A stretch of 64,000 nucleotides of DNA, taken from assembly GCA_009379955.1 (NCBI GenBank), contig WHST01000016.1:10591-74590 (forward strand), in the 5' to 3' direction. The position numbers and the translations under genes are program-made. Of the stretch, positions 1-9,128 are shown in pieces. Position 1 is the first letter of the stretch. Each line of letters opens with the position of its first letter. This DNA is from Streptosporangiales bacterium. Lineage in GTDB: Bacteria; Actinomycetota; Actinomycetes; Streptosporangiales; WHST01. The notes under the pieces are model-generated. The model saw nothing but the letters and a program-made list of their open reading frames with translations, had not been told where the DNA came from and made no database searches.

Positions 1-1159
1 TGAGCGTGTCGATGATCGCCTGGCAGGTCGCCGCGTCGGGCAGGCTCGCGGTCGCGAAGTACGACCAGATCGCCGCGTCGTCGGCGCCCGGCATCAGCAC
101 CACCTCGGCCCGATCGGTGGCCCGGCCGGCGCGGCCGACCTGCTGGTAGTAGGCGATCGGCGAGTCGGGCGCGCCGAGATGGACGACGAACCCGAGGTCC
201 GGCTTGTCGTAGCCCATGCCGAGCGCGGACGTGGCGACGAGCGCCTTGACCTCGTTCTTGAGCAGCTGCTCCTCGCGCTGCACGCGCTCGTCGTTGTCGA
301 GTTGGCCGTGGTAGCACTCGACCCGGTGTCCGGCGGCGGCGAGGTGCTCCGCGGTCTCCCTGGCGGCGCCGACGGTCAAGGTGTAGACGATGCCGGATCC
401 CGGCAGCTCGGCGAGGTGCGTCGCGAGCCAGCCGAGCCGGCGCGCCGTCGAGTCGACGTCGACGACCGCGAGACGGAGCGAGGTGCGATCGAGGTCGCCG
501 CGGAGCACCGCGGGCGCGATGCCGTCGGCGGTGGTGAGCTGCGCGGTGACGTCGGCGGTCACCTGGTCGTTCGCCGTCGCGGTCGTGGCGAGGACGGGGA
601 TGCCGGCGGGCTCGAGGTCGTGGAGCAGTGACGCGATGCGACGGTAGTCGGGACGGAAGTCGTGTCCCCAGGTGGAGATGCAGTGCGCCTCGTCGACCAC
701 GACGAGGCTTGCGTGCGCGGCGAGCCACGGCCAGACGGTCTCGCGGAACATCGGGTTGGTCAGCCGCTCGGGGGAGACGAGCAGGACGTCGACCCGGCCG
801 TCGAGCACGTCGGCACGGACGGTGTCCCAGTCGTCGACGTTGGCCGAGTTGATGCTCGCGGCGTGGATGTCGGCCCGCCCGGCGGCGTCGACCTGGTTGC
901 GCATCAGCGACAGCAGCGGGGAGACGATCACGGTCGGACCGCCGCCCGTGGCGCGGATCAGCGCGGTGGCGACGAAATAGACCGCCGACTTGCCCCAGCC
1001 GGTGCGCTGCACCACGAGCGCGCGACGGCGCTCCCGCACGAGCAGGTCGATGGCCGTCCACTGGTCGTCGCGCAGCGAGGCGTCTGGGCCGGCGAGCCGG
1101 CGGAGCACCTCCTCGGCACTGTCGCGCAGCTCGGTCGCCTCGACGTCCAGCTCGGTCAT
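1..1159 (-). CDS. recQ: RecQ-family ATP-dependent DNA helicase, N-terminal ~386 codons (C-terminus lies beyond the window edge)
   Basis: Absent from the ORF track because it runs off the edge. Own translation from ATG 1159-1157 (GGAGGA RBS about 7 nt upstream) gives MTELDVEATELRDS... Motifs: TGWGKSAVYF (Walker A), VVVDEAHCISTWGHDFRPDY (RecQ-type DEAH box), LATTATA, YYQQVGRAGR. Confidence 0.8.
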   Translation of the reverse strand, partial: MTELDVEATELRDSAEEVLRRLAGPDASLRDDQWTAIDLLVRERRRALVVQRTGWGKSAVYFVATALIRATGGGPTVIVSPLLSLMRNQVDAAGRADIHAASINSANVDDWDTVRADVLDGRVDVLLVSPERLTNPMFRETVWPWLAAHASLVVVDEAHCISTWGHDFRPDYRRIASLLHDLEPAGIPVLATTATANDQVTADVTAQLTTADGIAPAVLRGDLDRTSLRLAVVDVDSTARRLGWLATHLAELPGSGIVYTLTVGAARETAEHLAAAGHRVECYHGQLDNDERVQREEQLLKNEVKALVATSALGMGYDKPDLGFVVHLGAPDSPIAYYQQVGRAGRATDRAEVVLMPGADDAAIWSYFATASLPDAATCQAIIDTL

Positions 1160-1363
1160 GAGTCGTCCTCCAAAGTGAGCATCGCAGCGGTCCGAAGCGC
1201 GCACCGCACCCGACCAAGAGCCGAGCGAGGAGCGGAGCGGCGGAGGACGGCGGGATGCTCGGTCATCTGCCGTCCCTCGCCTCGACCGTACGGATGCGGG
1301 CCACGGTACGGGGTGCGACCGACGGCGCACCCCGTCCGTCCACACCCTCTCTTTACAGGGCGA

Positions 1364-1379
1364 TATGCAACGTTGTACA
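1364..1379. promoter_or_regulatory. Candidate LacI/GalR-type operator upstream of abfA
   Basis: TATGCAACGTTGTACA is 12/16 self-complementary and CG-centred (half sites TGCAAC|GTTGTA). It lies 37 nt upstream of GTG 1416. TTTACA at 1352-1357 is a possible -35. Confidence 0.3.
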
Positions 1380-1415
1380 ACACGAGGGACGCATCTCCGG
1401 CCGCCGAGGAGTCCC

Positions 1416-2924
1416 GTGCTCAACGCTCGTGCCACGCTCGACCCCGCGTTCGTCGTGGGCGACCTCGACCGCCGGCTGTTCGGCTCGTTCGTCGAGCACA
1501 TGGGCAGATGCGTCTACACCGGGGTGTTCGAGCCCGGCCATCCGAGCGCTACACCCGAGGGGTTCCGGCAGGACGTTCTCGAGCTGGCCAGGGAGTTGGG
1601 CATCAGCGTCGTGCGCTACCCGGGCGGCAACTTCGTGTCCGGGTATCGGTGGGAGGACGGCGTCGGACCCGTCGACGAGCGGCCCACCCGGCTCGACCTC
1701 GCCTGGCGGTCGGTCGAGACCAACGCGTTCGGGCTGGACGAGTTCGTCGAGTGGACCAAGGCGGCGGGCGTCGAGCCGATGCTCGCCGTCAACCTCGGCA
1801 CCCGCGGCGTGCAGGAGGCCGCCGACCTCGTCGAGTACGCCAACCACCCGGGCGGCACCAGGCTCTCCGACCTGCGCAAGAAGCATGGCGCGGAGAAGCC
1901 GTACGACGTGACGCTGTGGTGCCTCGGCAACGAGCTCGACGGTCCCTGGCAGATCGGCCACAAGACCGCCGACGAGTACGGCCGGCTCGCCGCCGAGACC
2001 GCCAAGGCGATGCGCCTCGTCGACCCGCGCGTCGAGCTGGTCGCCTGCGGCAGCTCCAACCGCGGCATGGCCACGTTCGGCGAGTGGGAGCGCGTCGTCC
2101 TCGACCACGCCTACGACCACGTCGACTACATCTCCCTGCACGCCTACTACGAGGAGCAGGCGGGCGACCTCGGCAGCTTCCTCGCCAGCGCCGTCGACAT
2201 GGACGCGTTCATCGACGAGGTCGTCGCCGCGTGCGACCACGTCAAGGCCCTGCACCGCAGCTCCAAGCGGCTCCGGCTCTCGTTCGACGAGTGGAACGTC
2301 TGGTACCAGCAACGGTTCGCCGGTGCGGCGAACCTGCCCTGGGAGGAGCGTCCACGGCTCATCGAGGACGAGTTCTCCGTCGCCGACGCGGTCGTCGTCG
2401 GCTCGTACCTCATCACGCTCATGCGGCACGCCGACCGGGTCGGCGTCGCCTGCCAGGCGCAGCTCGCCAACGTCATCGGGCCGATCCGCACCGAACCCGG
2501 CGGCCCGGCGTGGCGGCAGACGATCTTCTGGCCGTTCGCCCAGGCGGCGCGGCTCGCCCGCGGCCGGGTGCTCAGGGTCGAGCCGGTGGCGCCGTCGTAC
2601 GACACCGCCGCGTACGGGCCGGTCGACGCGGTCGTGCTCACCGCCACGCACGACGAGGAGTCGGGTGACGTCGCCGTCTTCGCCGTCAACAGGTCGACGA
2701 CCGACGAGGTGCGCATGGCCGTCGACCTGCGGGCGCTGCCCGGCCTCCGCGTCGCCGAGCACCACGTGCTGACCGACGACGACGTGCGGGCGAGCAACAG
2801 CGCCACCGATCCCGACCGCGTACGGCCGCGCGCCGGTGCCGGCGCGACGGTCGGCGACGGCACGCTGCGACTCAGGCTCCCGCCGGTGTCCTGGAACGTC
2901 CTTCGGCTGTCGGCCTCCGACTGA
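1416..2924 (+). CDS. abfA: Alpha-L-arabinofuranosidase, glycoside hydrolase family 51
   Basis: ORF 1365..2924. Motifs: VRYPGGNFVSGYRWEDGVGP, WCLGNELDGPWQ (acid/base Glu context), SFDEWNVW (nucleophile Glu context). Start re-called to in-frame GTG 1416 (GAGGAG RBS 6 nt upstream); ATG 1365 remains possible. Confidence 0.85.
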   Translation: MLNARATLDPAFVVGDLDRRLFGSFVEHMGRCVYTGVFEPGHPSATPEGFRQDVLELARELGISVVRYPGGNFVSGYRWEDGVGPVDERPTRLDLAWRSVETNAFGLDEFVEWTKAAGVEPMLAVNLGTRGVQEAADLVEYANHPGGTRLSDLRKKHGAEKPYDVTLWCLGNELDGPWQIGHKTADEYGRLAAETAKAMRLVDPRVELVACGSSNRGMATFGEWERVVLDHAYDHVDYISLHAYYEEQAGDLGSFLASAVDMDAFIDEVVAACDHVKALHRSSKRLRLSFDEWNVWYQQRFAGAANLPWEERPRLIEDEFSVADAVVVGSYLITLMRHADRVGVACQAQLANVIGPIRTEPGGPAWRQTIFWPFAQAARLARGRVLRVEPVAPSYDTAAYGPVDAVVLTATHDEESGDVAVFAVNRSTTDEVRMAVDLRALPGLRVAEHHVLTDDDVRASNSATDPDRVRPRAGAGATVGDGTLRLRLPPVSWNVLRLSASD

Positions 2925-4371
2925 CCGCAGACCCGGTCGCCCGCGGCCGGGCCAGCGCGGCGATGCCGAGTGCGGTCAGGATCAGGCACACCAGGCCGAA
3001 CCAGTCGCCCCACCGGGTGTAGAGCGTCGTCCCCTCAGGGACGGGAAGGTCGGCGGTCACCGTGGTCACCGGCCGCGGGCCGTCGGCGCGCACCTCCCGG
3101 ATCACCCGCCCGTTGTCGTCGGTAAGGGTGAGCACGCCCTGCCTGGACGCCCGGACGACGGAGAAGCCGTTCTCCACGCCGCGCAGGTACTGCACGCGGC
3201 TCTGCGACCACGCGTCCACGTCGAAGTCGAGCGCGGGCACAGCCATCATCCGCGCACCCGCGCGAGCGTTGTCGCGGCCGAGGCTCGGGCGACCCATGTC
3301 CGCGCAGATCGCGACGGCGACCCGGTGGGTGAGTCCCGGGACGAACGAGCGCTCGTGCCCGGCCTCGAACTCGTACTCCACGCCCGGCGCCAGGTAGCGC
3401 TTGTGGTACACCACCGGCGCGCTGCCGTCGGGCGGGACGACGAGCGCGACGTTGGAGAGCTTTCCCTGCGTGCGCAGCTCCACGCCGACGACCGCGACGG
3501 TCCCCGTGGCGCGGGCGGCTTCGGCAAAGCGTCGGGTCAGCCCGGGCAGGCTCGTGTCGTCTGCGACGAAGTCCTTCTCCGGGAACACCACGATCCGGGT
3601 GCGGTCCGGAAGCACGCGCATCGCCGCGACGTCGGAGTCGAGCAGCTTGCGTCCCGCGGAGGTACCCGCCTCGGGCTGATCGCCGCCCGGCAACGCAGCG
3701 GCGACCGCCGCGACGCGCACGGTCGGCGTGCCGGCCGGCTCGTGCAGCCGGACGGCGCCGTAGCCGAGCGCCAGCAGCACCGTGACGCTGGCAGCCAGAC
3801 CGGTACGCATCCGCCGCCGGCCCGGCAGCGCCGGTGCCACCACCGCGGCCACCGCCGCCGGCACGCCCATGACCAGGAAGCTGACTCCCCACGCCCCCGT
3901 GGCGGAAGCGACCTGCAGCACGGGCAGCAGGTCCGCCTGCGTGGTGGCCAGCGTCCAGTTCGCGCCGAACGGCAGCAGCGTGGCGAACAGGTACTCCGCT
4001 CCCGCCCACGCCGACGCGGTCGTGACCACCGCGAGCAGCGGTCGACCGCGCACCAGCAGGCCACGGAACGCGAGCACGACCAGGCAGAACACCCCCGAGG
4101 TGCACGCGAACACCCCGGCGACGAGCGGCAGCGGGAGGGTCAGGTCACGTGTGTAGTAGAGGGCGACGTTCGCCAGACCCAGCAGGTACGCGACGAAGGC
4201 CGCCACGGCGATGACACGGCCCGAGACCCGCGGAGCGAGCAGCAGGACCGGCAGCGGCGCCAGCCAGGTGAGCCAGCCCACCGGCCGCAGGCCCGTGCCG
4301 AGGTAGAACAGCGCCGCCGAGCACAGCGTCGCCGCGAGCAGGAAGGAGATACGGCTACGCCGTGATGCCAT
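2872..4371 (-). CDS. Apolipoprotein N-acyltransferase-like protein (polytopic N-terminus plus CN-hydrolase domain)
   Basis: ORF 2872..4524 trimmed to ATG 4371 (MASRRSRISFLL...), which overlaps the TetR stop by 17 nt. Multiple hydrophobic helices are followed by nitrilase-superfamily triad contexts VVFPEKD (Glu), YHKRYL (Lys) and VAICADM (Cys). There is an extra C-terminal hydrophobic helix. Confidence 0.7.
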   Translation of the reverse strand: MASRRSRISFLLAATLCSAALFYLGTGLRPVGWLTWLAPLPVLLLAPRVSGRVIAVAAFVAYLLGLANVALYYTRDLTLPLPLVAGVFACTSGVFCLVVLAFRGLLVRGRPLLAVVTTASAWAGAEYLFATLLPFGANWTLATTQADLLPVLQVASATGAWGVSFLVMGVPAAVAAVVAPALPGRRRMRTGLAASVTVLLALGYGAVRLHEPAGTPTVRVAAVAAALPGGDQPEAGTSAGRKLLDSDVAAMRVLPDRTRIVVFPEKDFVADDTSLPGLTRRFAEAARATGTVAVVGVELRTQGKLSNVALVVPPDGSAPVVYHKRYLAPGVEYEFEAGHERSFVPGLTHRVAVAICADMGRPSLGRDNARAGARMMAVPALDFDVDAWSQSRVQYLRGVENGFSVVRASRQGVLTLTDDNGRVIREVRADGPRPVTTVTADLPVPEGTTLYTRWGDWFGLVCLILTALGIAALARPRATGSAVSRRPTAEGRSRTPAGA

Positions 4372-4939
4372 CGAGAATCCTCCAGACCGCGGCCTCGCAG
4401 AGACCCCGGAACTCAGGCTCGGGCAGGGCGATCCTGCCGCCGTCGTACAGCTGCACCAGGCCGTGGATCGTCGCCGCGAGGACGAGCGCGACCTCCCACA
4501 CGTCGCACTCGCGCAGCAGTCCACGCCGGATGCCCTCGGTCAGCATCGCCGCGAGCAGGTTGAGCGTCGGTGACCGGCCCGCCTGGAAGTCCTCGGGGAA
4601 CCGGCGCGCCTTGTCGCGTCGCTCGGTGAAGAGGAACGAGTAGAGCCGCGGCGTGCCTAGCGCGAGGTCGAGGTGGTCGCCGACCACCTCGGCCACGTGG
4701 GACTCCAGGTCCTGGTCGTCGGCCCACACGCGTCCCTCCCACTGCTCGGCGAGTTCGGCGAAGGCCGCGTCGGCGACCGCAGCGAGCAGGGCCTCCCGGT
4801 TCGGGTAGTGCCGGTAGATGGCCATCGGAGTGACGCCGACCGCGGTCGCCAGCCGGCGCATGCTCACCGCCGCCGAGCCCTCGGCGACGACGACGACACG
4901 TGCCTCCGATGCGATCCTGGCGGCCGTGGTCCCTGTCAT
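4355..4939 (-). CDS. TetR-family transcriptional regulator
   Basis: ORF 4355..4954. N-terminal HTH: SMRRLATAVGVTPMAIYRHYPNREALL. Start re-called to ATG 4939 because GTG 4954 lies inside the adjacent palindrome. Confidence 0.8.
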   Translation of the reverse strand: MTGTTAARIASEARVVVVAEGSAAVSMRRLATAVGVTPMAIYRHYPNREALLAAVADAAFAELAEQWEGRVWADDQDLESHVAEVVGDHLDLALGTPRLYSFLFTERRDKARRFPEDFQAGRSPTLNLLAAMLTEGIRRGLLRECDVWEVALVLAATIHGLVQLYDGGRIALPEPEFRGLCEAAVWRILDGITA

Positions 4940-4976
4940 GTCTACACCGTACACGTCCGACGTCTACGGTGTAGAC
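4940..4976. promoter_or_regulatory. 37-bp near-perfect palindrome, candidate TetR operator
   Basis: GTCTACACCGTA-c-ACGTC-c-GACGT-c-TACGGTGTAGAC: 17 of 18 arm positions are complementary. It directly abuts the TetR ATG (4939) and lies downstream of the ABM gene stop (4993). No U-tract follows on the minus strand, so a terminator is less likely. Confidence 0.5.
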
Positions 4977-4992
4977 CAGCCCGCCGGAGCGG

Positions 4993-5316
4993 CTACGCGT
5001 GGTGCACGGACGCGACCGTGTACAACCGGGGCTCGGCGCGCGCGATCGCCGTGGCGGCACCCATGTGCTCGCGGGCCGTCGGGTCGGCGAGCATGGCGCG
5101 GAAGGCGTCGGCCGACTCCCACTGCGCATAGTTGACGACCCGTTCGCCGTCGACGCTCGCGTGGATGTTGGCCGACACGAAGCCGGGCACGTGGCGCATG
5201 ACCTCGTCGGTGGCCGTGGCCAGCACGTCCACCAGCTCCTGCTGCCTGTCCGGGTCGACCTCGAAGACGTTGATCAGCGTGGCGACGTCCACCGCCGGGT
5301 CGATGGTGCTCGTCAT
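4993..5316 (-). CDS. Antibiotic-biosynthesis-monooxygenase (ABM) domain protein
   Basis: 107-aa ORF with ABM-like layout (INVFEV...GFVSANIHASVDGERVVNYAQWESADAF). GGAGGAG RBS upstream of ATG 5316. Confidence 0.7.
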   Translation of the reverse strand: MTSTIDPAVDVATLINVFEVDPDRQQELVDVLATATDEVMRHVPGFVSANIHASVDGERVVNYAQWESADAFRAMLADPTAREHMGAATAIARAEPRLYTVASVHHA

Positions 5317-5337
5317 GAGGTGACTCCTCCGTGCGGG

Positions 5338-6366
5338 TCAGGACGTGCGTGCGTGGGTGCCGGCGCCCGCGGTGCTCTCGCGGACCACCAGGCGGTGGTC
5401 GGCGGTCAGCTCGCGCGGCTCGTCGTCCTCGCCGCGCAGCTTGGCCGCCAGGGCGCGGACGGCCTCGCCGGCGATCTGTTCCTTGTCCGGGGAGACAGTG
5501 CTCAGCGTCGGGACGTGGAAGGCGCCGTCCTCGATGTCGTCGAACCCGATGACCGCGACGTCGTCGGGCACCCGCAGGCCGCGCTCGTGCAGGGCCCGCA
5601 GCGCGCCGAGCGCCATCAGGTCGTTGAAGCAGAACACCGCGTCGGGTGGCCCGTCGCCGTCGAGCAGCCTCGTCATCGCCGCGGCGCCGTCGGCACGGGA
5701 GTAGCGCTCGACGGTGGCGACGAGCTCGCCGGCGTACGGGAGTCCCGCCGACTCCAACGCCTCGTGGTAGCCGGCGAGACGCAGCCGGGCGGTCTGTCCG
5801 GCCTCGACGCGCTGCGCCCCGATCGCCGCGATCCGGCGCCTGCCGAGCCCGACGAGATGGCCCACCGCCTCCCGCGCGGCCGCGACGTTGTCGATGGCGA
5901 CATGGCTCGCCGGCCCGTGCGAGACGCGTTCGCCGAGCAGGACGAGCGGGACGTCGATGCCGATCTCCGCGAGATCGGAGCCGTCGAGGGCGAGCGGGCT
6001 GAGCAGCAGGCCGTCGACGAGGTTGCTGCCGAGTCCCTTGATCGCGACGAGCTCACGTTCGCGCACACCGTCGGTCTGGTCGATAAGCACGGTCCACTGC
6101 TGCTCCTCGGCCGCCTTGATGACGAACCTGGCCAGCTCCGCGAAGTACGGCGAGTCGAGCTCGGGCAGCGCGAGCGCGATGAGCCCCGTACGGCCGCGGC
6201 GCAGGTTGCGTGCGGAGAGGTTGGGCCGGTAGCCGAGCGACTCGATGGCCTCGACCACCCGCTGGCGGGTCGCCGGCGTGACGTGGGGGTAGTCGTTGAC
6301 GACGTTCGACACCGTCTTGACCGAGACGCCGGCACGCGCCGCCACGTCTCGCAGGCTCACCGCCAT
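5338..6366 (-). CDS. LacI-family transcriptional regulator
   Basis: ORF 5338..6489 trimmed to ATG 6366 (GGGAGG RBS 7 nt upstream). HTH: VSLRDVAARAGVSVKTVSNVVN. The remainder is a periplasmic-binding-protein-like sugar-binding fold. Confidence 0.85.
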   Translation of the reverse strand: MAVSLRDVAARAGVSVKTVSNVVNDYPHVTPATRQRVVEAIESLGYRPNLSARNLRRGRTGLIALALPELDSPYFAELARFVIKAAEEQQWTVLIDQTDGVRERELVAIKGLGSNLVDGLLLSPLALDGSDLAEIGIDVPLVLLGERVSHGPASHVAIDNVAAAREAVGHLVGLGRRRIAAIGAQRVEAGQTARLRLAGYHEALESAGLPYAGELVATVERYSRADGAAAMTRLLDGDGPPDAVFCFNDLMALGALRALHERGLRVPDDVAVIGFDDIEDGAFHVPTLSTVSPDKEQIAGEAVRALAAKLRGEDDEPRELTADHRLVVRESTAGAGTHARTS

Positions 6367-6463
6367 GTCGTGCCTCCCACCCTGAACCGCGCGCTCACGC
6401 AAGTGCGTAGTGGTCGACGGTACCCGCCGGCACGAGCCCGGGCCCGGCGCTAGTGTCGATCGG

Positions 6464-7768
6464 GTGAAGAGACTCGCGGGGTTGCGCACCGTGCTCGCCG
6501 GGCGCGACTTCCGCCGTCTCTACGCCACTCGCCTCGTCTCCCAGTCCGGGGACGGCCTGTTCCAGGTCGCACTGGCGGCGTACGCGTTCTTCGACCCGCA
6601 ACGGCAGCCGACGGCCCCCGCCGTCGCGGCGGCGTTCGCCGCACTGCTCCTCCCGTACTCCCTCGTCGGACCGTGGGCCGGCGTGTTCCTCGACCGCTGG
6701 CGGCGCCGTCAGGTGCTCGTCGGGGCCAACGTGGTCCGCGCCGTGCTCGTCCTCGCGATCGCCGGCGTCGTACTCGCCGACGCTCCGCTGGCCGCGCTGC
6801 TCGGCCTCGGTCTCGTCGTGGTCAGCGTCAACAGGTTCTTCCTGGCGGCGCTGTCGGCGTCCCTGCCGCACGTCGTGCCGCGGCGCGAGCTGGTGACGGC
6901 CAACTCGCTGTCCACCACGTCCGGCACCGTGGCCGCGTTCCTCGGCGGGGCGCTGGGGTACGGGCTGCGGCTCGTCTTCGGCGAGAGCGGCGGCGGCACG
7001 GCCGCGCTCCTTGCGGTGACGACGGCCTGGTACCTGTGCTCGTCGCTCGTCGCGGTCACGATGGCCAAGGACCTGCTCGGACCCGACCTCGACACCGAAC
7101 GGTCCGACACCCGCACGGCCCTGCGCGACGTGGCCCACGGCATGGTCGACGGCGCCAGGCACGTGTGGCAGCGCCGGGCCGCCGGTCACGGCCTCGTCGC
7201 CATCGCGTCGCACCGGTTCTTCTACGGCATCTCGACTATCTCGGTGCTGCTGCTGTTCCGCAACTACTTCCACCCGCAGGCGGTCGCCGCGGGTCTTGGC
7301 GGGCTCGCGTTGGTGCTCGGCGCGACGGGGGTCGGCTTCCTCGTCGCCGCGCTCGTCACGCCCGTGGCGACGCGACGGATGAGCAAGCAGACCTGGGCCA
7401 CCGTGCTGCTCCTCGGCACCGGCGTCATCCAGCTGGCGTGCGGGCTGCCATACGACGAGCTGCTGCTGGTCGCCGCCGCCTTCGGGCTCGGCATCGGCGC
7501 GCAGGGTCTCAAGATCTGCGTCGACACCCTCGTCCAGGAGGGCGTCGACGACGCGTACCGCGGGCGGGTCTTCTCCTTCTACGACGTGGTGTTCAACGTG
7601 TCGTTCGTGTCGGCCGCCGCGGTGGGCGCGGTCGCACTGCCGGCGTCGGGCAAGTCGTACCCGGTGCTCGTCGCGACGGCGGCCGGGTTCGTGGTGACCG
7701 CCCTCGTCTACACCGGACGCACGCGGCGGCTGTCCCGCCGTGGTGACGCCCTGCCGGCGGTCCCGTAG
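6464..7768 (+). CDS. MFS transporter
   Basis: ORF 6410..7768. About 12 hydrophobic segments. N-terminus [22 protein letters not shown] is typical of actinobacterial MFS_3/enterobactin-exporter-like proteins. The start (GTG 6464 versus 6410) is uncertain. Confidence 0.75.
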   Translation: MKRLAGLRTVLAGRDFRRLYATRLVSQSGDGLFQVALAAYAFFDPQRQPTAPAVAAAFAALLLPYSLVGPWAGVFLDRWRRRQVLVGANVVRAVLVLAIAGVVLADAPLAALLGLGLVVVSVNRFFLAALSASLPHVVPRRELVTANSLSTTSGTVAAFLGGALGYGLRLVFGESGGGTAALLAVTTAWYLCSSLVAVTMAKDLLGPDLDTERSDTRTALRDVAHGMVDGARHVWQRRAAGHGLVAIASHRFFYGISTISVLLLFRNYFHPQAVAAGLGGLALVLGATGVGFLVAALVTPVATRRMSKQTWATVLLLGTGVIQLACGLPYDELLLVAAAFGLGIGAQGLKICVDTLVQEGVDDAYRGRVFSFYDVVFNVSFVSAAAVGAVALPASGKSYPVLVATAAGFVVTALVYTGRTRRLSRRGDALPAVP

Positions 7769-7769
7769 G

Positions 7770-8456
7770 GTGTCGGTCGTGCCCGCACGATCACTCGACG
7801 AGCTCGTCGATCCCGGCTGGGCCAAGGTGCTCGCGCCGGTGGCCCCACAGGTCTCCGCCATGGGTGAGTTCCTCAGGTCGGAGGTGGCGGCCGGCCGCGG
7901 CTACCTGCCGGCCGGGGAGCACGTCCTGCGCGCGTTCACCCGTCCGCTGGACGACGTGCGAGTACTCGTCGTCGGCCAGGACCCGTACCCGACGCCCGGT
8001 CACCCGGTCGGGCTCTCGTTCTCGGTCGCCCCCGACGTCAGGCCGGTGCCGCGGAGCCTGGCGAACATCTTCCGCGAGTACACCGAGGACCTCGGGCACC
8101 CGACGCCGTCGACGGGCGACCTCACGGCGTGGGCCGACCACGGGGTGCTTCTCCTCAACCGCAGCCTCACCGTCCGCCCCGGCGCGCCCGCGTCGCACCG
8201 CGGCAAGGGCTGGGAGGCCGTCACCGACCAGGCGATCCGCGGGCTCGTCGAGCGCGGCGGACCACTCGTCGCCATCCTCTGGGGCCGCGACGCCCAGTCG
8301 TTGCGTCCGGCCCTCGGCGACGTGCCTGCCGTCACGAGCCCGCACCCCAGCCCGATGTCCGCCGACCGCGGCTTCTTCGGCTCGCGCCCGTTCAGCCGGG
8401 TCAACGCGCTGCTCGAGAAGCAGGGTGCCGACCCCGTCGACTGGCGCCTTCCGTAG
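7770..8456 (+). CDS. ung: Uracil-DNA glycosylase (family 1)
   Basis: ORF 7740..8456. Motifs: [36 protein letters not shown]. Start re-called to GTG 7770, just after the MFS stop (7768). Confidence 0.85.
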   Translation: MSVVPARSLDELVDPGWAKVLAPVAPQVSAMGEFLRSEVAAGRGYLPAGEHVLRAFTRPLDDVRVLVVGQDPYPTPGHPVGLSFSVAPDVRPVPRSLANIFREYTEDLGHPTPSTGDLTAWADHGVLLLNRSLTVRPGAPASHRGKGWEAVTDQAIRGLVERGGPLVAILWGRDAQSLRPALGDVPAVTSPHPSPMSADRGFFGSRPFSRVNALLEKQGADPVDWRLP

Positions 8457-8462
8457 GACGTC

Positions 8463-9128
8463 CTACGCGTCCGGCGTGAGCAGGCCCGCGTCGTGTGCGA
8501 GCAGCGCGAGCTGCACGCGGTTGTTGAGGTCGAGCTTGGCGAGGACGCGCGATACGTGCGTCTTCACCGTGGGCACGCTGAGGTAAAGCGTGGCGCCGAT
8601 CTCGGCGTTCGACCTGCCGTGCCCGACGAGGACGGCGATCTCGCGCTCGCGGTCGGCGAGCACCGCGAGCCGCTCGGTCGCCTGCCGTGCGCGGGTCTCC
8701 GCCCCGGACTCGGCGACGCGGGCGATGAGCCGCCGGGTCACGGCGGGGGAGAGCACCGGCTGGCCGTCGGCCACGCGCCGCACCGCGGCCACGATCTCGG
8801 CCGGCGGGGTGTCCTTCAGCAGGAAGCCCGCCGCGCCCGCCCGCAACGCCCGCAGGACGTGCTCGTCGGCGTCGAACGTCGTCAGCACGATCACCTCGGG
8901 GGCGGACGGACGCGTGCGCAGGGCCTCGGTGCTCGCGAGACCGTCCATCGTCGGCATCCTGATGTCCATCAGCACCACGTCGGGCGCGCACTCGTCCACC
9001 AGGCGCAGCGCCTCGGCACCGTCACCGGCCTCGGCGACCACCTGGACGTCGGGATCGTCGCCGAGCATCAGGACGAGACCCGCGCGCAGCAGCGGGTCAT
9101 CGTCGGCGATCAGCACCCGGACCATCAT
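8463..9128 (-). CDS. NarL/LuxR-family response regulator
   Basis: ORF 8463..9146. Receiver domain (MVRVLIADDDPLLR, VVLMDIRMP) plus LuxR HTH (REREIAVLVGHGRSNAEIGATLYLSVPTVKTHVSRVL). ATG 9128 overlaps the kinase stop as ATGA. Confidence 0.85.
   Translation of the reverse strand: MMVRVLIADDDPLLRAGLVLMLGDDPDVQVVAEAGDGAEALRLVDECAPDVVLMDIRMPTMDGLASTEALRTRPSAPEVIVLTTFDADEHVLRALRAGAAGFLLKDTPPAEIVAAVRRVADGQPVLSPAVTRRLIARVAESGAETRARQATERLAVLADREREIAVLVGHGRSNAEIGATLYLSVPTVKTHVSRVLAKLDLNNRVQLALLAHDAGLLTPDA

Noticed and set aside
662-2668. A 668-aa plus-strand ORF spanning the recQ-abfA boundary, together with the many R/P-rich ORFs in alternative frames throughout the track.
   Set aside because: It crosses an obvious divergent promoter region. 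It is out of frame with GH51 and antisense to RecQ. Its composition (poly-R/P/G) is typical of a non-coding frame in high-GC DNA.
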